From Candidatus Latescibacterota bacterium (lineage in GTDB: Bacteria > Latescibacterota > UBA2968 > UBA8231): a stretch of 64,000 nucleotides of DNA. The stretch lies in NCBI GenBank assembly GCA_965223905.1, contig CBDCXV010000001.1, positions 512,001-576,000 of the forward strand, read 5' to 3'. Shown piece after piece: positions 45,011 through 54,446 of the stretch. Under the pieces are notes generated by a model. It saw only the letters and a program-made list of their open reading frames with translations, had not been told where the DNA came from and ran no database searches. The stretch's first letter is position 1; each line of letters begins with the position of its first letter. The translations under genes were made by a program, and so were the position numbers.

Positions 45011-45039
45011 AATCTAGCCGCCGGCCCGGAAACCGTCAA
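45011..45039 (-). promoter_or_regulatory. sigma70 promoter for the S55-propeller-rib-nusB transcript
   Basis: TTGACG-N17-TAGATT on the minus strand. Confidence 0.65.
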
Positions 45040-45104
45040 GCGCTGCTGATGGAGATGTCCTTCGCCATGGAAGCCCCCGACCCCCCGAGAAGGCACCGGG
45101 ATAC

Positions 45105-45134
45105 TTGACGCGAAGAATCAGGAGGTGGTACGCT
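45105..45134 (+). promoter_or_regulatory. putative sigma70 promoter for ftsY
   Basis: TTGACG-N18-TACGCT with an extended -10 TG. Confidence 0.5.
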
Positions 45135-45225
45135 TGCAGTCCACCTGAGTTGTGACTGATCCACGGGGCCTCCTCCAATCCACGGGGACCCCCCCCGACC
45201 CATCCCGGCCCCGAAGGCCTCATTT

Positions 45226-46146
45226 TTGCCGAGCCTGCGCGACCGCTTTCGCAGCGGTCTTTCCAAAACGCGATCCCTGCTCCTCGACGGCATCACCGCC
45301 GCGATTTCGGGGGGGCCGGTCGACGAAGAATCTCTCGAAGAGATCGAGGCGATCCTGATCCAGGCGGACATCGGCGTCGAGACGGCGACGGATATCGTCG
45401 ACACCCTGCGCGACCGGCTGCGCTCGCAAGGAGGGGCCGGAGAGCTGTTTTCAGAGTTGCGGCAACAGCTCACGGGGATCGCGGCCGGCTCCGGTGAGGG
45501 GACCTGCCCCCCGGCAGTCAGGCCTCACGTCATCCTCGTCGCCGGGGTCAACGGCGCCGGCAAGACGACGACCATCGGCAAGCTTGCGGCGCGCCACAAG
45601 GCCGAAGGCCGTTCGGTGCTGCTGGCGGCCTGCGACACCTTCCGCGCCGCCGCGGTGCCGCAGCTGGAGATATGGGCCGAGCGCTCCGGGGCGGAAATCG
45701 TGCGCTCGCAGCAGGGAGCAGATCCCGCGGCCGTCGCTTTCGACGCCGCCGCGGCGGCCGCGGCGCGCGCGACCGACGTGTTGATCGTCGACACCGCCGG
45801 CCGCCTGCACACCAAGGTCAACCTGATGGAGGAGCTGAAAAAGGTGAAGCGCTCCCTCGGCAGGCAGCTGGCGGGGGCCCCCCACGAAACCCTGCTGGTG
45901 CTGGACGCCACTACCGGCCAGAACGCCCTCGCCCAGGCGCGCGAGTTTCACGGCGCCGTCGGGGTCGACGGGATCGTGATCACCAAGCTCGACGGGACGG
46001 CCAAGGGGGGAATCGTCTTTGCCCTGAGGCGTGAGCTCGGCCTGCCGATCCGAATGATCGGTGTGGGGGAGCAGCTCGAGGATTTGCAGCCGTTCGACGC
46101 CGAAGCCTTCGTGGATGCCCTCCTTCCCGACTCCGCATCGGGGTAG
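45226..46146 (+). CDS. ftsY: SRP receptor FtsY (NG domain only)
   Basis: Motifs GVNGAGKTTTIGKLA, DTFRAAA, DTAGRLH, DATTGQN, TKLDGTAKGG and GVGE. Confidence 0.97.
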   Translation: MPSLRDRFRSGLSKTRSLLLDGITAAISGGPVDEESLEEIEAILIQADIGVETATDIVDTLRDRLRSQGGAGELFSELRQQLTGIAAGSGEGTCPPAVRPHVILVAGVNGAGKTTTIGKLAARHKAEGRSVLLAACDTFRAAAVPQLEIWAERSGAEIVRSQQGADPAAVAFDAAAAAAARATDVLIVDTAGRLHTKVNLMEELKKVKRSLGRQLAGAPHETLLVLDATTGQNALAQAREFHGAVGVDGIVITKLDGTAKGGIVFALRRELGLPIRMIGVGEQLEDLQPFDAEAFVDALLPDSASG

Positions 46147-46410
46147 TTTCCTGCCCGCACTCAGCGCGTGAACCCGGCCCCGGGCTGGATTGGATGGAGA
46201 TTGCAGTTCATCCACCAGGCCGTGCGTGCGGATTTTCTCTCCAAGTCTGGATCTTGCGGCTTTTCCCTGGTTCGCCGCGCACCCCCGGCAATGACTCGAC
46301 CAGGGCCCGAGGAACCGGGCCGCTTGGGGGGAGGATTTGGGCGATCAATACCCGCGACAGGACCCCGGTAAGCCGGCGACTCGGGGCTCCCTGTCCGCAG
46401 CCAAAAGGCG

Positions 46411-47607
46411 CTATTCCTGCTGCCGGGGATCGCGACAACTGCTCAGCGCCTCGGCGAGTTCCTCCCTGACGCCGGCGTCCTCCTCTTCAGCCAGGGAGTC
46501 CTGCAAGGCGCTCTCCGCTTCGGGGCCGCGCAGCTGTCCCAGGGCCCAGGCGACGTGTCCGCGCACCAGGGGCTCTTCGTGCTTCAGCGCCGGAATCAGT
46601 ACCCCGACCGCCTCGGGCCGGCCCGAGTTGCCCAGGGCGACGGCGACGTTGCGCAGGAATCCGGCTCGCTTGGGCCTCTTGACCGCGCTGTTCCTGAAAA
46701 GGCGGTTGAACCCCTCCGCGTCGAGCTTCATCAGCTCCTCCAGGTCGGGCGGCTCCAGTCCCGGCCGCGATGCGAAGGCGGTCTCGCCAGCCGTGGCCGC
46801 CTTGCTGTTCCACGGGCAGACCTCCTGGCAGATGTCGCATCCGAACAGCCAGTCGCCCATGCCGGGGCGAAGCGCTGCCGGTATGGAGGTTCGCAGCTCG
46901 ATGGTCAGGTAGGAGATGCAGCGGCGGGAATCGAGGACGTACGGTTCCGGGAAGGCATCGGTGGGGCAGGCGTCGAGGCACCGCGTGCAGGTGCCGCAGT
47001 GGTCGACCGCGGGCTCGTCGCACTGGAGCTCCAGGTCGGTGACGATCTCGCCCAGGAAGAACCAGGACCCCCGCCGCTTGTTGATCAGGCAGGTGTTCTT
47101 CCCCCACCACCCCAGGCCGGCGCGCTGTGCCAGCTCCCGCTCGAGCACCGGGGCGGTATCGACGTAGCAGCGGCCCCGGACCGGCCTGCCGGCTTCCTCC
47201 TCGATGAAGCGCCACAGCTCGGCGAGGCGCTTTTTCACCACCTTGTGGTAGTCGTCGCCGCGCGCGTACACCGAGATCCGCCCGCCGAGCCGGGGGGAAT
47301 CGTCCCGTCCTGCGGGTGCGGTCTCCTGCGGGCCTGGGTGGTAGTCCATGCCGACGCAGATGACGCTGGCCGCGCCCGGTACCAGCAGGCCCGGGTCGCC
47401 GCGCTTTTCGCGGTTGCGCTCGAGGTACTCCATCTCCCCGGCGTACCCCAGGGCAACCCAGCGGGCGTAGAAATCGCTGCCGGGAAGCGGCCCGGCCGGG
47501 GTTACCCCGAACAGGTCGAACCCGAGGGAACTGGCGCGATCTCGGATCGACGCGGTCAGCCGCGCCTGCTCATCGCCGGAGCTTTCTGCTGTTGACCTGC
47601 GGCTCAT
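46411..47607 (-). CDS. queG: epoxyqueuosine reductase
   Basis: Motifs YARGDDYH, VDTAPVLERE, CGTCTRCLDACPT, CISYLTIE and GCDICQEVCPWN, with HEAT-like C-terminus. Confidence 0.95.
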   Translation of the reverse strand: MSRRSTAESSGDEQARLTASIRDRASSLGFDLFGVTPAGPLPGSDFYARWVALGYAGEMEYLERNREKRGDPGLLVPGAASVICVGMDYHPGPQETAPAGRDDSPRLGGRISVYARGDDYHKVVKKRLAELWRFIEEEAGRPVRGRCYVDTAPVLERELAQRAGLGWWGKNTCLINKRRGSWFFLGEIVTDLELQCDEPAVDHCGTCTRCLDACPTDAFPEPYVLDSRRCISYLTIELRTSIPAALRPGMGDWLFGCDICQEVCPWNSKAATAGETAFASRPGLEPPDLEELMKLDAEGFNRLFRNSAVKRPKRAGFLRNVAVALGNSGRPEAVGVLIPALKHEEPLVRGHVAWALGQLRGPEAESALQDSLAEEEDAGVREELAEALSSCRDPRQQE

Positions 47608-47651
47608 GGAATGCTCGACTGCCCCGTTCTGGCCCGGCGAAGGCGGCAGGG

Positions 47652-48968
47652 CTACTGGAACAGCTCGGTGAGGTAGGGAAGGACCAGCCGGTTGAGGTCG
47701 TTGAACGTCACCAGGATCATCAGCCCGAGGATCAGGACCAGGCCGACCTGCTGGCAGAACTCCCTCTTGCGCTGCGACAGCGGCCTCCGCATCACCGCCT
47801 CGAGGGTGAGGAAGACGAGGTGTCCGCCGTCGAGGGCGGGAATCGGCATGAGGTTGAGGATGGCGAGGTTAACGCTCAGCAGGGAGAGAAAAAAGGTGAA
47901 ATGCTCGAGACCCCGTTCCGCGGTATCGTCCGCCATCTTGGCGATCAGGATCGGTCCGCCGAGCTCCTTGTAGCGGTCTTCCTCGAAGATGTTGCCGATA
48001 AAGTCGAGGATGAGACCGGCTGAATTGATCAGGCTGGCGGCGCTCAGGGAGGCCGCCTCCCGGAACGAGACGTCCGCGGTCGACATGTGCGGGCCGATGC
48101 CGATCTGGCCGATGGTGCCCCCTTCCGCGGGACGCGCCTCCGGGGTTATCCGCGTCGCCATATGCTCGCCGTCACGGACCCAGGAGATTTCGATCTCCTC
48201 TTCCGGATGGCGGCTGATCTGCTCCCTCATCTCGTCCCAGGTCCTCACCTCGGCCCCGGCGACGCGGGTGATGCGGTCCCCCTGCTTCAGACCGACGGAT
48301 TCGGCCGGCATTCCCTCCACCACCCCGCCGACCACGGTGGGGTACAGCAGCGACAGCCCGTACGGCATTCCGGAGGACTCTCCCTCCCGCTCGGCTGCCG
48401 TTTCGCGCGGCAGGTCGAAGGCCAGGATGCGGCCGTCGCGCTCGGCGTCGACGGTCACCGCTGCCCCGGCTGCCTTTTCCAGCTCCCGCAGGAGCTCGTG
48501 GTAGTTGGCCACCGGCCGGTCGCCGACGCGGACGATGACGTCGCCGTGGCGCAGCCCGGCGATGGCGGCAGGGGATCCCTCGAGGGGATCGATCGCCGTC
48601 GAATCGACGCTGCCGACGCCGTAGGCCGAGTACATGAAGAAGAAGGCCACGTACGCGAACAGCAGGTTCATCGCCGGACCGGCGGCGATGACGGCCATGC
48701 GGACCCAGATCGGTTTCGAGGGGAATTCCCAGTCTGCTCCCGACGATTTCTCGGCGCCGACATCGGCCATGCCGGCCACCTTCACGTAGCCGCCGAACGG
48801 TATCCACGACAGACAGTAATCGGTCTCCTTCCACCGGAAACCGATCATCCTCGGCGGGTATCCGAGGGAGAAGCGTTCGACGCGGATGCCGGCGCGCTTG
48901 GCGACGAGGAAGTGACCCAGCTCGTGCACGAAAATGAGAATGCCGAGGGCGATCAGGAAGTAGAGCAT
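47652..48968 (-). CDS. rseP: RIP metalloprotease RseP (two PDZ domains)
   Basis: HELGH, IPFGGYV, AGPAMN, two PDZ domains, and NLMPIPALDGGH. Confidence 0.95.
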   Translation of the reverse strand: MLYFLIALGILIFVHELGHFLVAKRAGIRVERFSLGYPPRMIGFRWKETDYCLSWIPFGGYVKVAGMADVGAEKSSGADWEFPSKPIWVRMAVIAAGPAMNLLFAYVAFFFMYSAYGVGSVDSTAIDPLEGSPAAIAGLRHGDVIVRVGDRPVANYHELLRELEKAAGAAVTVDAERDGRILAFDLPRETAAEREGESSGMPYGLSLLYPTVVGGVVEGMPAESVGLKQGDRITRVAGAEVRTWDEMREQISRHPEEEIEISWVRDGEHMATRITPEARPAEGGTIGQIGIGPHMSTADVSFREAASLSAASLINSAGLILDFIGNIFEEDRYKELGGPILIAKMADDTAERGLEHFTFFLSLLSVNLAILNLMPIPALDGGHLVFLTLEAVMRRPLSQRKREFCQQVGLVLILGLMILVTFNDLNRLVLPYLTELFQ

Positions 48969-48977
48969 GGCGTCAGG

Positions 48978-49826
48978 TCAGCCGGGCACCGGGGAAGCCA
49001 GTTTCTGCAGGAAGAGGAGGTAGGCGTAGGCGAGAGGAAAGCAGAGAAAATAGGAATCGAAACGGTCGAGGAAACCGCCGTGGCCCGGTATGAGCGCAGG
49101 GGCGTCCTTGACTCCGAAGTCCCGTTTGAGCGCCGACTGCACGAGGTCCCCGATCTGTGCGCTGGCCGCAACCACCAGAAACAGCCCGACCAGCTCCCAG
49201 TGAGAGAAACCCGGAACGAAGGGGTACAACAGGGCCGGCAGCAGCCCTGCCAGCAACCCGGCGACAGCTCCGGTCACGGTCTTGTTCGGGCTTATTCCGG
49301 GAACGAGCCTGCGCCTTCCCCACAGGCGACCGGCGCCGTAGGCCGCGGTATCGGTGATCCACAGGCTGACGAAAATCAGTCCCAGCAGCAGACCGGGCTC
49401 GCCGCTGCGCAGCAGATCGCGGTCGGCGACCATCAGGAGCGGGGCGCTGCCCAGCAGTCCGGTGTAGAGAATCCCGGCCAGGGTCACCGCCGCGCTGACC
49501 GCAAACCCGGTCGTTCCTCCCCGCAACGCCGCGGCGAAAACGATCGCCGCCGCCAGCATCATCCCCAGCGGCAGGTGGGCGGTTCCGGCGAGGTGCAGAA
49601 AGGTGCACAGCCCCAGGCTGAGAAGTATCCCCAACGATTTCAGGGGACGGTACCCGGCGTTGCCCGCCAGGTGGTAGAACTCCCAGCTCGACCTGCCGAC
49701 GATGGCGGCGACCAGCGCGAACAGGGCCCAGCCGCCGGCCCAGGTCAGGGCGAGGATCCCGGGCACCAGGACGCAGGCCGAAGCGGTTCTGCGCGCGAGG
49801 TTCCGCCCGAGACCTGCCATGTGCAT
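48978..49826 (-). CDS. cdsA: phosphatidate cytidylyltransferase
   Basis: Motifs DTAAY, ISPNKT and GDLVQSALKRDFGVKD...PGHGGFLDRFDS. Confidence 0.95.
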   Translation of the reverse strand: MHMAGLGRNLARRTASACVLVPGILALTWAGGWALFALVAAIVGRSSWEFYHLAGNAGYRPLKSLGILLSLGLCTFLHLAGTAHLPLGMMLAAAIVFAAALRGGTTGFAVSAAVTLAGILYTGLLGSAPLLMVADRDLLRSGEPGLLLGLIFVSLWITDTAAYGAGRLWGRRRLVPGISPNKTVTGAVAGLLAGLLPALLYPFVPGFSHWELVGLFLVVAASAQIGDLVQSALKRDFGVKDAPALIPGHGGFLDRFDSYFLCFPLAYAYLLFLQKLASPVPG

Positions 49827-49841
49827 GACTCCCGGGCATTC

Positions 49842-50612
49842 TCAGGCGCCGCCGAACCGTCGCTGGCGCTGCTGGAAATCGCGGATCGCCCGGTATAGGT
49901 GGTGGCGCCGGAAGTCGGGCCAGTACAGGGGGGTGAACCAGATCTCGGTGTAGATCATCTGCCAGGGGAGGAAGTTGCTCAGCCGCATCTCGCCGCTGCA
50001 GCGAATCAGCAGGTCCGGGTCGGGGATGCCCCCGGTATAGAGGGCGGCGCTGATGTCCTCCTCATTTATGTCGCGGGGGTCGATGACCCCGTCCCGCGCC
50101 CTGGCGGCCAGCGTCCGGCAGGCGTCAACCAGCTCGCCGCGGCCGCCGTAGTTCAGGGCGAGATTGAGCAGCAGGCCGTCGTTCGAGGCGGTGTCCCGCA
50201 GCGCCTTGTCGAGGGCCAGGCGCACCGCCCTCGGCAGGTCGTGGAGGCGGCCGATGGCGTTTAGGCGCACGTTGTTCCGGTGCAGCTCCGGGGTCTCGTC
50301 ACGGAGCGACTCCCGCAGCCACCTCATCAGCGTGGTGACTTCGTTTCTCGGCCGGCTCCAGTTCTCGGTGGAGAAGGTGTAGAGGGTCAGCGCCTCGGTG
50401 CCGAGTTGGCCGCAGGCGCGCACGATGTCGCGAACCGACTCGCGGCCGTGCCGGTGGCCTTCGGTCACAGCCAGATTCTGCTCTTTCGCCCAGCGGCGGT
50501 CGCCGTCCATGATGATGGCGATGTGGCGGGGCAGGTTGCCGTGCTCCTTCAGCTTCGCCTGGACGCGGACGTCCTCTTCGTCGTGCCGCGGATCTGTGAT
50601 CTCTTCTTTCAC
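49842..50612 (-). CDS. uppS: undecaprenyl diphosphate synthase (cis-prenyltransferase)
   Basis: Motifs PRHIAIIMDG, YTFSTENWSRP, ALNYGGR, PDLLIR.SGE.RLSNF and RRFGG. GTG start at 50612 is inferred. Confidence 0.93.
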   Translation of the reverse strand: MKEEITDPRHDEEDVRVQAKLKEHGNLPRHIAIIMDGDRRWAKEQNLAVTEGHRHGRESVRDIVRACGQLGTEALTLYTFSTENWSRPRNEVTTLMRWLRESLRDETPELHRNNVRLNAIGRLHDLPRAVRLALDKALRDTASNDGLLLNLALNYGGRGELVDACRTLAARARDGVIDPRDINEEDISAALYTGGIPDPDLLIRCSGEMRLSNFLPWQMIYTEIWFTPLYWPDFRRHHLYRAIRDFQQRQRRFGGA

Positions 50613-50847
50613 GAGAGTGAATCGGTGAGTGGGTGGCGAACCGCGGGCCGTGGGGGAAACCGGCGGGCGGGCGAAACAATCCAATCTACCGGCTGTGGTT
50701 CCGCCCCGCAATTGAAGGCGGCTGACCACAGTGACGACCGAATGCCCTGTCCTTTTGTTCCTGGGGCGCGGAAGAAACGGGGCGAGGAGCCGGCTTGCGG
50801 TCTGCCGATTCTGCGCGGAGTGCGGCCCGCCGGAACGGGCAGCTTCC

Positions 50848-50876
50848 TTGACACTCGAATACCCCGGGGGGATTGT
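50848..50876 (+). promoter_or_regulatory. sigma70 promoter, probably giving a leaderless mRNA
   Basis: TTGACA-N17-GATTGT ending 7 nt before ATG 50884. Confidence 0.55.
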
Positions 50877-50883
50877 ACCGGCG

Positions 50884-51474
50884 ATGACGGCAGGCGCCCA
50901 AATCGACAAGGCGCGGATGCGGACCGAGTGCCTGCAACGGCGCCGTTCGATGAGTGCGGAGCGGGCTTCCGGGCTCAGCCGCAGGATCGCCGCCCGCGTG
51001 CTCGACCTGGAGGAGGTGTCCGCGGCCGCGGCCATCCACACCTACGTCGGCAGCCTGCCGAACGAAGTGGCGACCCGCGGACTGATCGCCGCCCTGCTCG
51101 GCCTGGGGAAACGGATCGTGGTCCCGGTGGTCGCCGGCGCCGGACGGCCGCTGCTGCACGCCGAGATCGGCAGCCTCGACGAATTGAGACGCGGACCGCT
51201 CGGCATCCTGCAGCCCCCCGCCGGCTCGGAGCTGCCCGCCGTCGACGCCGTCATCGTGCCGGCGGTCGCCTGCGACCGGAAGGGAAACCGCCTCGGCATG
51301 GGGGGCGGCCATTACGACCGGATGTTGCGTCCGCTGCGGGTTCCCGCGGTGGCACTGGTCTACGAAGAGTTCGTCGTCGGCGCCGTGCCGGCCGAGCCGC
51401 ACGATACCCCCGTCGACATGGTGTTGACGGAGGGGAACACCTACCGAACCCGATCGAAAGGAGAAAAGCCGTGA
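50884..51474 (+). CDS. 5-formyltetrahydrofolate cyclo-ligase
   Basis: Motifs KARMR...RR, NEVAT, GILQP, IVPAVACDRKGNRLGMGGGHYDR and EPHD. Confidence 0.92.
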   Translation: MTAGAQIDKARMRTECLQRRRSMSAERASGLSRRIAARVLDLEEVSAAAAIHTYVGSLPNEVATRGLIAALLGLGKRIVVPVVAGAGRPLLHAEIGSLDELRRGPLGILQPPAGSELPAVDAVIVPAVACDRKGNRLGMGGGHYDRMLRPLRVPAVALVYEEFVVGAVPAEPHDTPVDMVLTEGNTYRTRSKGEKP

Positions 51475-51776
51475 TCTACGAGCTGAGGATCTACCGCCTG
51501 CATCCGGGAACGAAGAAGGATTTCCTGCGCGAGTTCCGGAAGGCGCGGAAGTTCATGGAGAAGTACGGCGTCACCTTCGTCGACGCCTGGCAAAACGAGG
51601 ACCGCGAGGACGAGTTCGTCTGGATGCGCTCGTTCGCGAACCACAAGGCCAGGGACAAGGCGATAGAGGCGTACTACAGCTCCCCGGAGTGGATGAAGAT
51701 CGTCGACGCCATTCGCGCCACCATACGGCGGCGCGAGGTGCGCATCATGAAGCAGGTCAGGGCCGCGGGCCGCTGA
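51471..51776 (+). CDS. NIPSNAP family protein
   Basis: GGAG RBS; GTG 51471 starts VIYELRIYRLHPG...FVWMRSF...YSSPEW (3' end of track ORF 50280..51776). Confidence 0.85.
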   Translation: MIYELRIYRLHPGTKKDFLREFRKARKFMEKYGVTFVDAWQNEDREDEFVWMRSFANHKARDKAIEAYYSSPEWMKIVDAIRATIRRREVRIMKQVRAAGR

Positions 51777-51792
51777 CAGCGCCCGGCGATCG

Positions 51793-52827
51793 ATGGGGCG
51801 TTCCCTCGCCATCGGCTCGATCCGCGTTTCCCCGGGGCTGTTGCTGGCGCCGATGGAGGACGTTTCCGACCTGCCGTTTCGCGTCATCTGCAGGCGTCTC
51901 GGGGCCGACATGGTCTACACCGAGTTCGTCAACGCCGAGGGGCTGGTGCGCGAGCTGGAGAGCGGCCGGCGGCGCACCCACGCGAAGCTGAAATTCCTGC
52001 CGGAAGAGCGCCCCTTCGGCATCCAGATCTACGGCGCCTCGGAGCTGTCGATGGAGAAGGCGGCGGAGATCGCCACCGCCGCCGGTCCCGATCTCATCGA
52101 CGTCAACTGCGGCTGCTGGGTGAGCAACGTCGCCCTGCGCGGCGCCGGCGCCGGCCTGCTGCGCGACCTGCCGCGCATGAGGGAGGTGGTGGCGCGCGTG
52201 CAGTCGGCGACCCACCTGCCGGTCACGGTGAAGACGCGGCTCGGCTGGGACGCCGGATCGATCCGCATCGTCGAGGTGGCGCGCATGCTCGAGGATATCG
52301 GCGTGCAGGCGCTGGCCGTGCACTGCCGCACCCGGGCCCAGGGGCACAAGGGGGATGTCGACTACCGCTACATCCCCAGGATCAGGGAGGCGGTCTCCAT
52401 TCCCGTCATTCTCAACGGGGACCTGACGCGGGCGGACGAGGTCGCCGCGGCCTTCGCCGACACCGGGTGCGACGCCGTGATGATCGGCCGCGGCGCCATC
52501 CACCACCCCTGGGTTTTCCGCGAGTCGCGGCATTTCCTCGCCACCGGCCGCCACCTGCCTCCCCCGTCCGGGCGCGAGCGCAGCGAGGTCTGCCTGGAGC
52601 ACCTGCGCCTCGCCGTCAGGGAGCGCGGCGAGCGTCATGCGGTGATCTCCCTGCGCCGCCACTACAGCGGCTACTTCCGCGGCCTGCGCCAGGCCTCGCG
52701 GTTGCGTGCCGAGCTGGCGCAATACCGGGAGGCCGCCGCCGTCGAGGATCGCCTCGAAGAGCTGGCCCGCGTGCTGCCGGGGCCGGATGAGGCTTCCGAG
52801 CCGGCGGTTTCGGTGGCCGCCGTCTGA
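51793..52827 (+). CDS. dusB: tRNA-dihydrouridine synthase
   Basis: Motifs LAPME, YTEFV, IDVNCGC, GAGAGLL, PVTVKTRLGWD, VHCRT, NGD and VMIGRGA. Confidence 0.93.
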   Translation: MGRSLAIGSIRVSPGLLLAPMEDVSDLPFRVICRRLGADMVYTEFVNAEGLVRELESGRRRTHAKLKFLPEERPFGIQIYGASELSMEKAAEIATAAGPDLIDVNCGCWVSNVALRGAGAGLLRDLPRMREVVARVQSATHLPVTVKTRLGWDAGSIRIVEVARMLEDIGVQALAVHCRTRAQGHKGDVDYRYIPRIREAVSIPVILNGDLTRADEVAAAFADTGCDAVMIGRGAIHHPWVFRESRHFLATGRHLPPPSGRERSEVCLEHLRLAVRERGERHAVISLRRHYSGYFRGLRQASRLRAELAQYREAAAVEDRLEELARVLPGPDEASEPAVSVAAV

Positions 52828-52841
52828 CTTCCCCCGCAGCC

Positions 52842-53375
52842 ATGGTGCAGCAGGGGTCCTTCCATCCCGGTGTCGTCCGCTACGTTCCCGAGGTCCCCTT
52901 TCCGCACTACCGCCACCTTCCCGGCGAAACCCCCCACCCGCACAGGGATCCGCAGGGCCACCGCTTCCGCTGCCCCTTCGACGGCGGCGTACCGGACGGG
53001 GTCAACTGGTGCGGCAACAAGGCCTACCTGCTCGGGGTCGACCTCTACAACCACGGCTTCTGGTGGGAAGCCCACGAGCAGTGGGAGCTGCTGTGGCAGG
53101 GCGCCGGGCCGCGGACCGCCGCGGGGCTGTTCCTTCAGGGGCTGATTCAGCTCGCCGCCGCGGCGATAAAGCAGCACCAGGGCAACGAGCGCGGTTTCCG
53201 GCTTCTGTCGGGGCAGGGTCTGCAGAAACTGGAGGAAGTGTCGGACCGCTGCGGGACCCGCTTCATGGGGCTGGATATCGACCGCTTCGCCGCTTCCTGG
53301 CGCACGTTTCGCGGCCAGGGGGTATGTCGCGGCCCCGGCTGCGTCCCCCCGATCCGGCTCGGCCCCAGCGGTTGA
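52842..53375 (+). CDS. DUF309 domain protein
   Basis: GVDLYNHGFWWEAHEQWE and LQGLIQLAAA. Confidence 0.85.
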   Translation: MVQQGSFHPGVVRYVPEVPFPHYRHLPGETPHPHRDPQGHRFRCPFDGGVPDGVNWCGNKAYLLGVDLYNHGFWWEAHEQWELLWQGAGPRTAAGLFLQGLIQLAAAAIKQHQGNERGFRLLSGQGLQKLEEVSDRCGTRFMGLDIDRFAASWRTFRGQGVCRGPGCVPPIRLGPSG

Positions 53376-53470
53376 GACCGAACCGAAATTGGCGCGGAAG
53401 GTCCGGCCGGGATCCGGCTCGACGCCGGTAGCTGACGCCTGCTTCTCCCGGCTCAGCCGCTGGCGCCGGC

Positions 53471-54397
53471 TCAGCCCCCGGAGGCGGGGGACTGGCTCTC
53501 CCGCCACGGTTCGAGCTTGCCGAAGCGGTCGGCGACGGCGTCGAGGAGACTGCGGATTGCGGGGCCGAAGTAGCGCCCCTTTCTCCACGCCAGGCCGATC
53601 TCGCGCTCGAAGCGCAGCTCGGGGGCCGGCACCACGCACAAGGTTCCGGCAGCCAGCGACTCGGCCACCGTCATGCGCGGCAGAAACGAGATCCCCATGC
53701 CCGACTCGACGAGCTTGCGCATCGCTTCCGGCGAGCGCATCTCCATGGCGACCCGCGGCGTGATCCCCAGCTCGGCGAAACGCTCGTCGACGATCCGGCG
53801 CGACACCGACTCGGAGTGAAACAGGATCAGTGGTTCGGCGGCGATCTCGGCGGCGGCCGCGGCGCGGCCGGCCAGCCGGTGGCCGGCGCCGGCGACGAGC
53901 GGCATCTCATCCCGGACGAGGGAGAGCGTCGCTATGCGCGGGTGCTCGAACGGCAGGGTGATAACGGCGAACTCCGAGCGGTTCATCAGCAGGTCCTCCA
54001 CGAGGTAGCGCGAAGAGGCGACCTGCGTCGTCAGCTCGGCCTGGGGATGGGCGTCCCGGTAGGACTGCAGGATCTCGGGAAGCAGGTAGATCACCGCGGC
54101 GTCGATGGCGCCGAAGCGGAACCCCTGTTCGATGAGGGCATCCCCTTTGCGCAGCCGCTCGACCGCTTCGTCGATCAGGTCCTCGATCTGCAGCGCGTAG
54201 GTCAGCAGGGCCCGGCCCTCCAGGGTGAGATCGACTCGACGCCCCGCGCGGTTGAACAACCGCGTCCCGAGGAGTCGTTCCAACTCGGCAATCCCGCTGC
54301 TCACGGTCGGCTGGGTGACGTGGAGGTCCCTGGCCGCCCGGGTGAAACCGCCCGCCCTGGCGATCGCCAGGAAATAGCGGAGGTGGTGGAGGTTCAT
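53471..54397 (-). CDS. LysR-family transcriptional regulator
   Basis: HTH MNLHHLRYFLAIARAGGFTRAARDLHVTQPTVSSGIAELERLLGTRLFNR followed by a substrate-binding domain. Start ATG 54397. Confidence 0.95.
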   Translation of the reverse strand: MNLHHLRYFLAIARAGGFTRAARDLHVTQPTVSSGIAELERLLGTRLFNRAGRRVDLTLEGRALLTYALQIEDLIDEAVERLRKGDALIEQGFRFGAIDAAVIYLLPEILQSYRDAHPQAELTTQVASSRYLVEDLLMNRSEFAVITLPFEHPRIATLSLVRDEMPLVAGAGHRLAGRAAAAAEIAAEPLILFHSESVSRRIVDERFAELGITPRVAMEMRSPEAMRKLVESGMGISFLPRMTVAESLAAGTLCVVPAPELRFEREIGLAWRKGRYFGPAIRSLLDAVADRFGKLEPWRESQSPASGG

Positions 54398-54412
54398 GGC
54401 GTTGCGGAAGTC

Positions 54413-54446
54413 ATAGAGAAAATCTATCGATAATATAGCCATTATC
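54413..54446. promoter_or_regulatory. LysR-type operator palindromes between lysR and ino1
   Basis: ATAG-N7-CTAT (54413-54427, T-N11-A) followed by GATAAT-N6-ATTATC (54429-54446) in a very AT-rich spacer. Confidence 0.7.

Noticed and set aside
46147-46410. Possible SRP RNA or other ncRNA after ftsY
   Set aside because: The SRP domain IV motif (CAGG...GGAA...GCAGC) is absent; only short hairpins are present.
50613-50883. Possible 6S RNA upstream of the 5-FTHF cyclo-ligase (ssrS-ygfA synteny)
   Set aside because: No long rod with a central bubble is evident, and a promoter sits directly before the ATG. An Rfam search would settle it.
54429-54446. GATAAT...ATTATC as a Fur box
   Set aside because: Spacing is 6 rather than 7 nt, and the context fits a LysR secondary site better.
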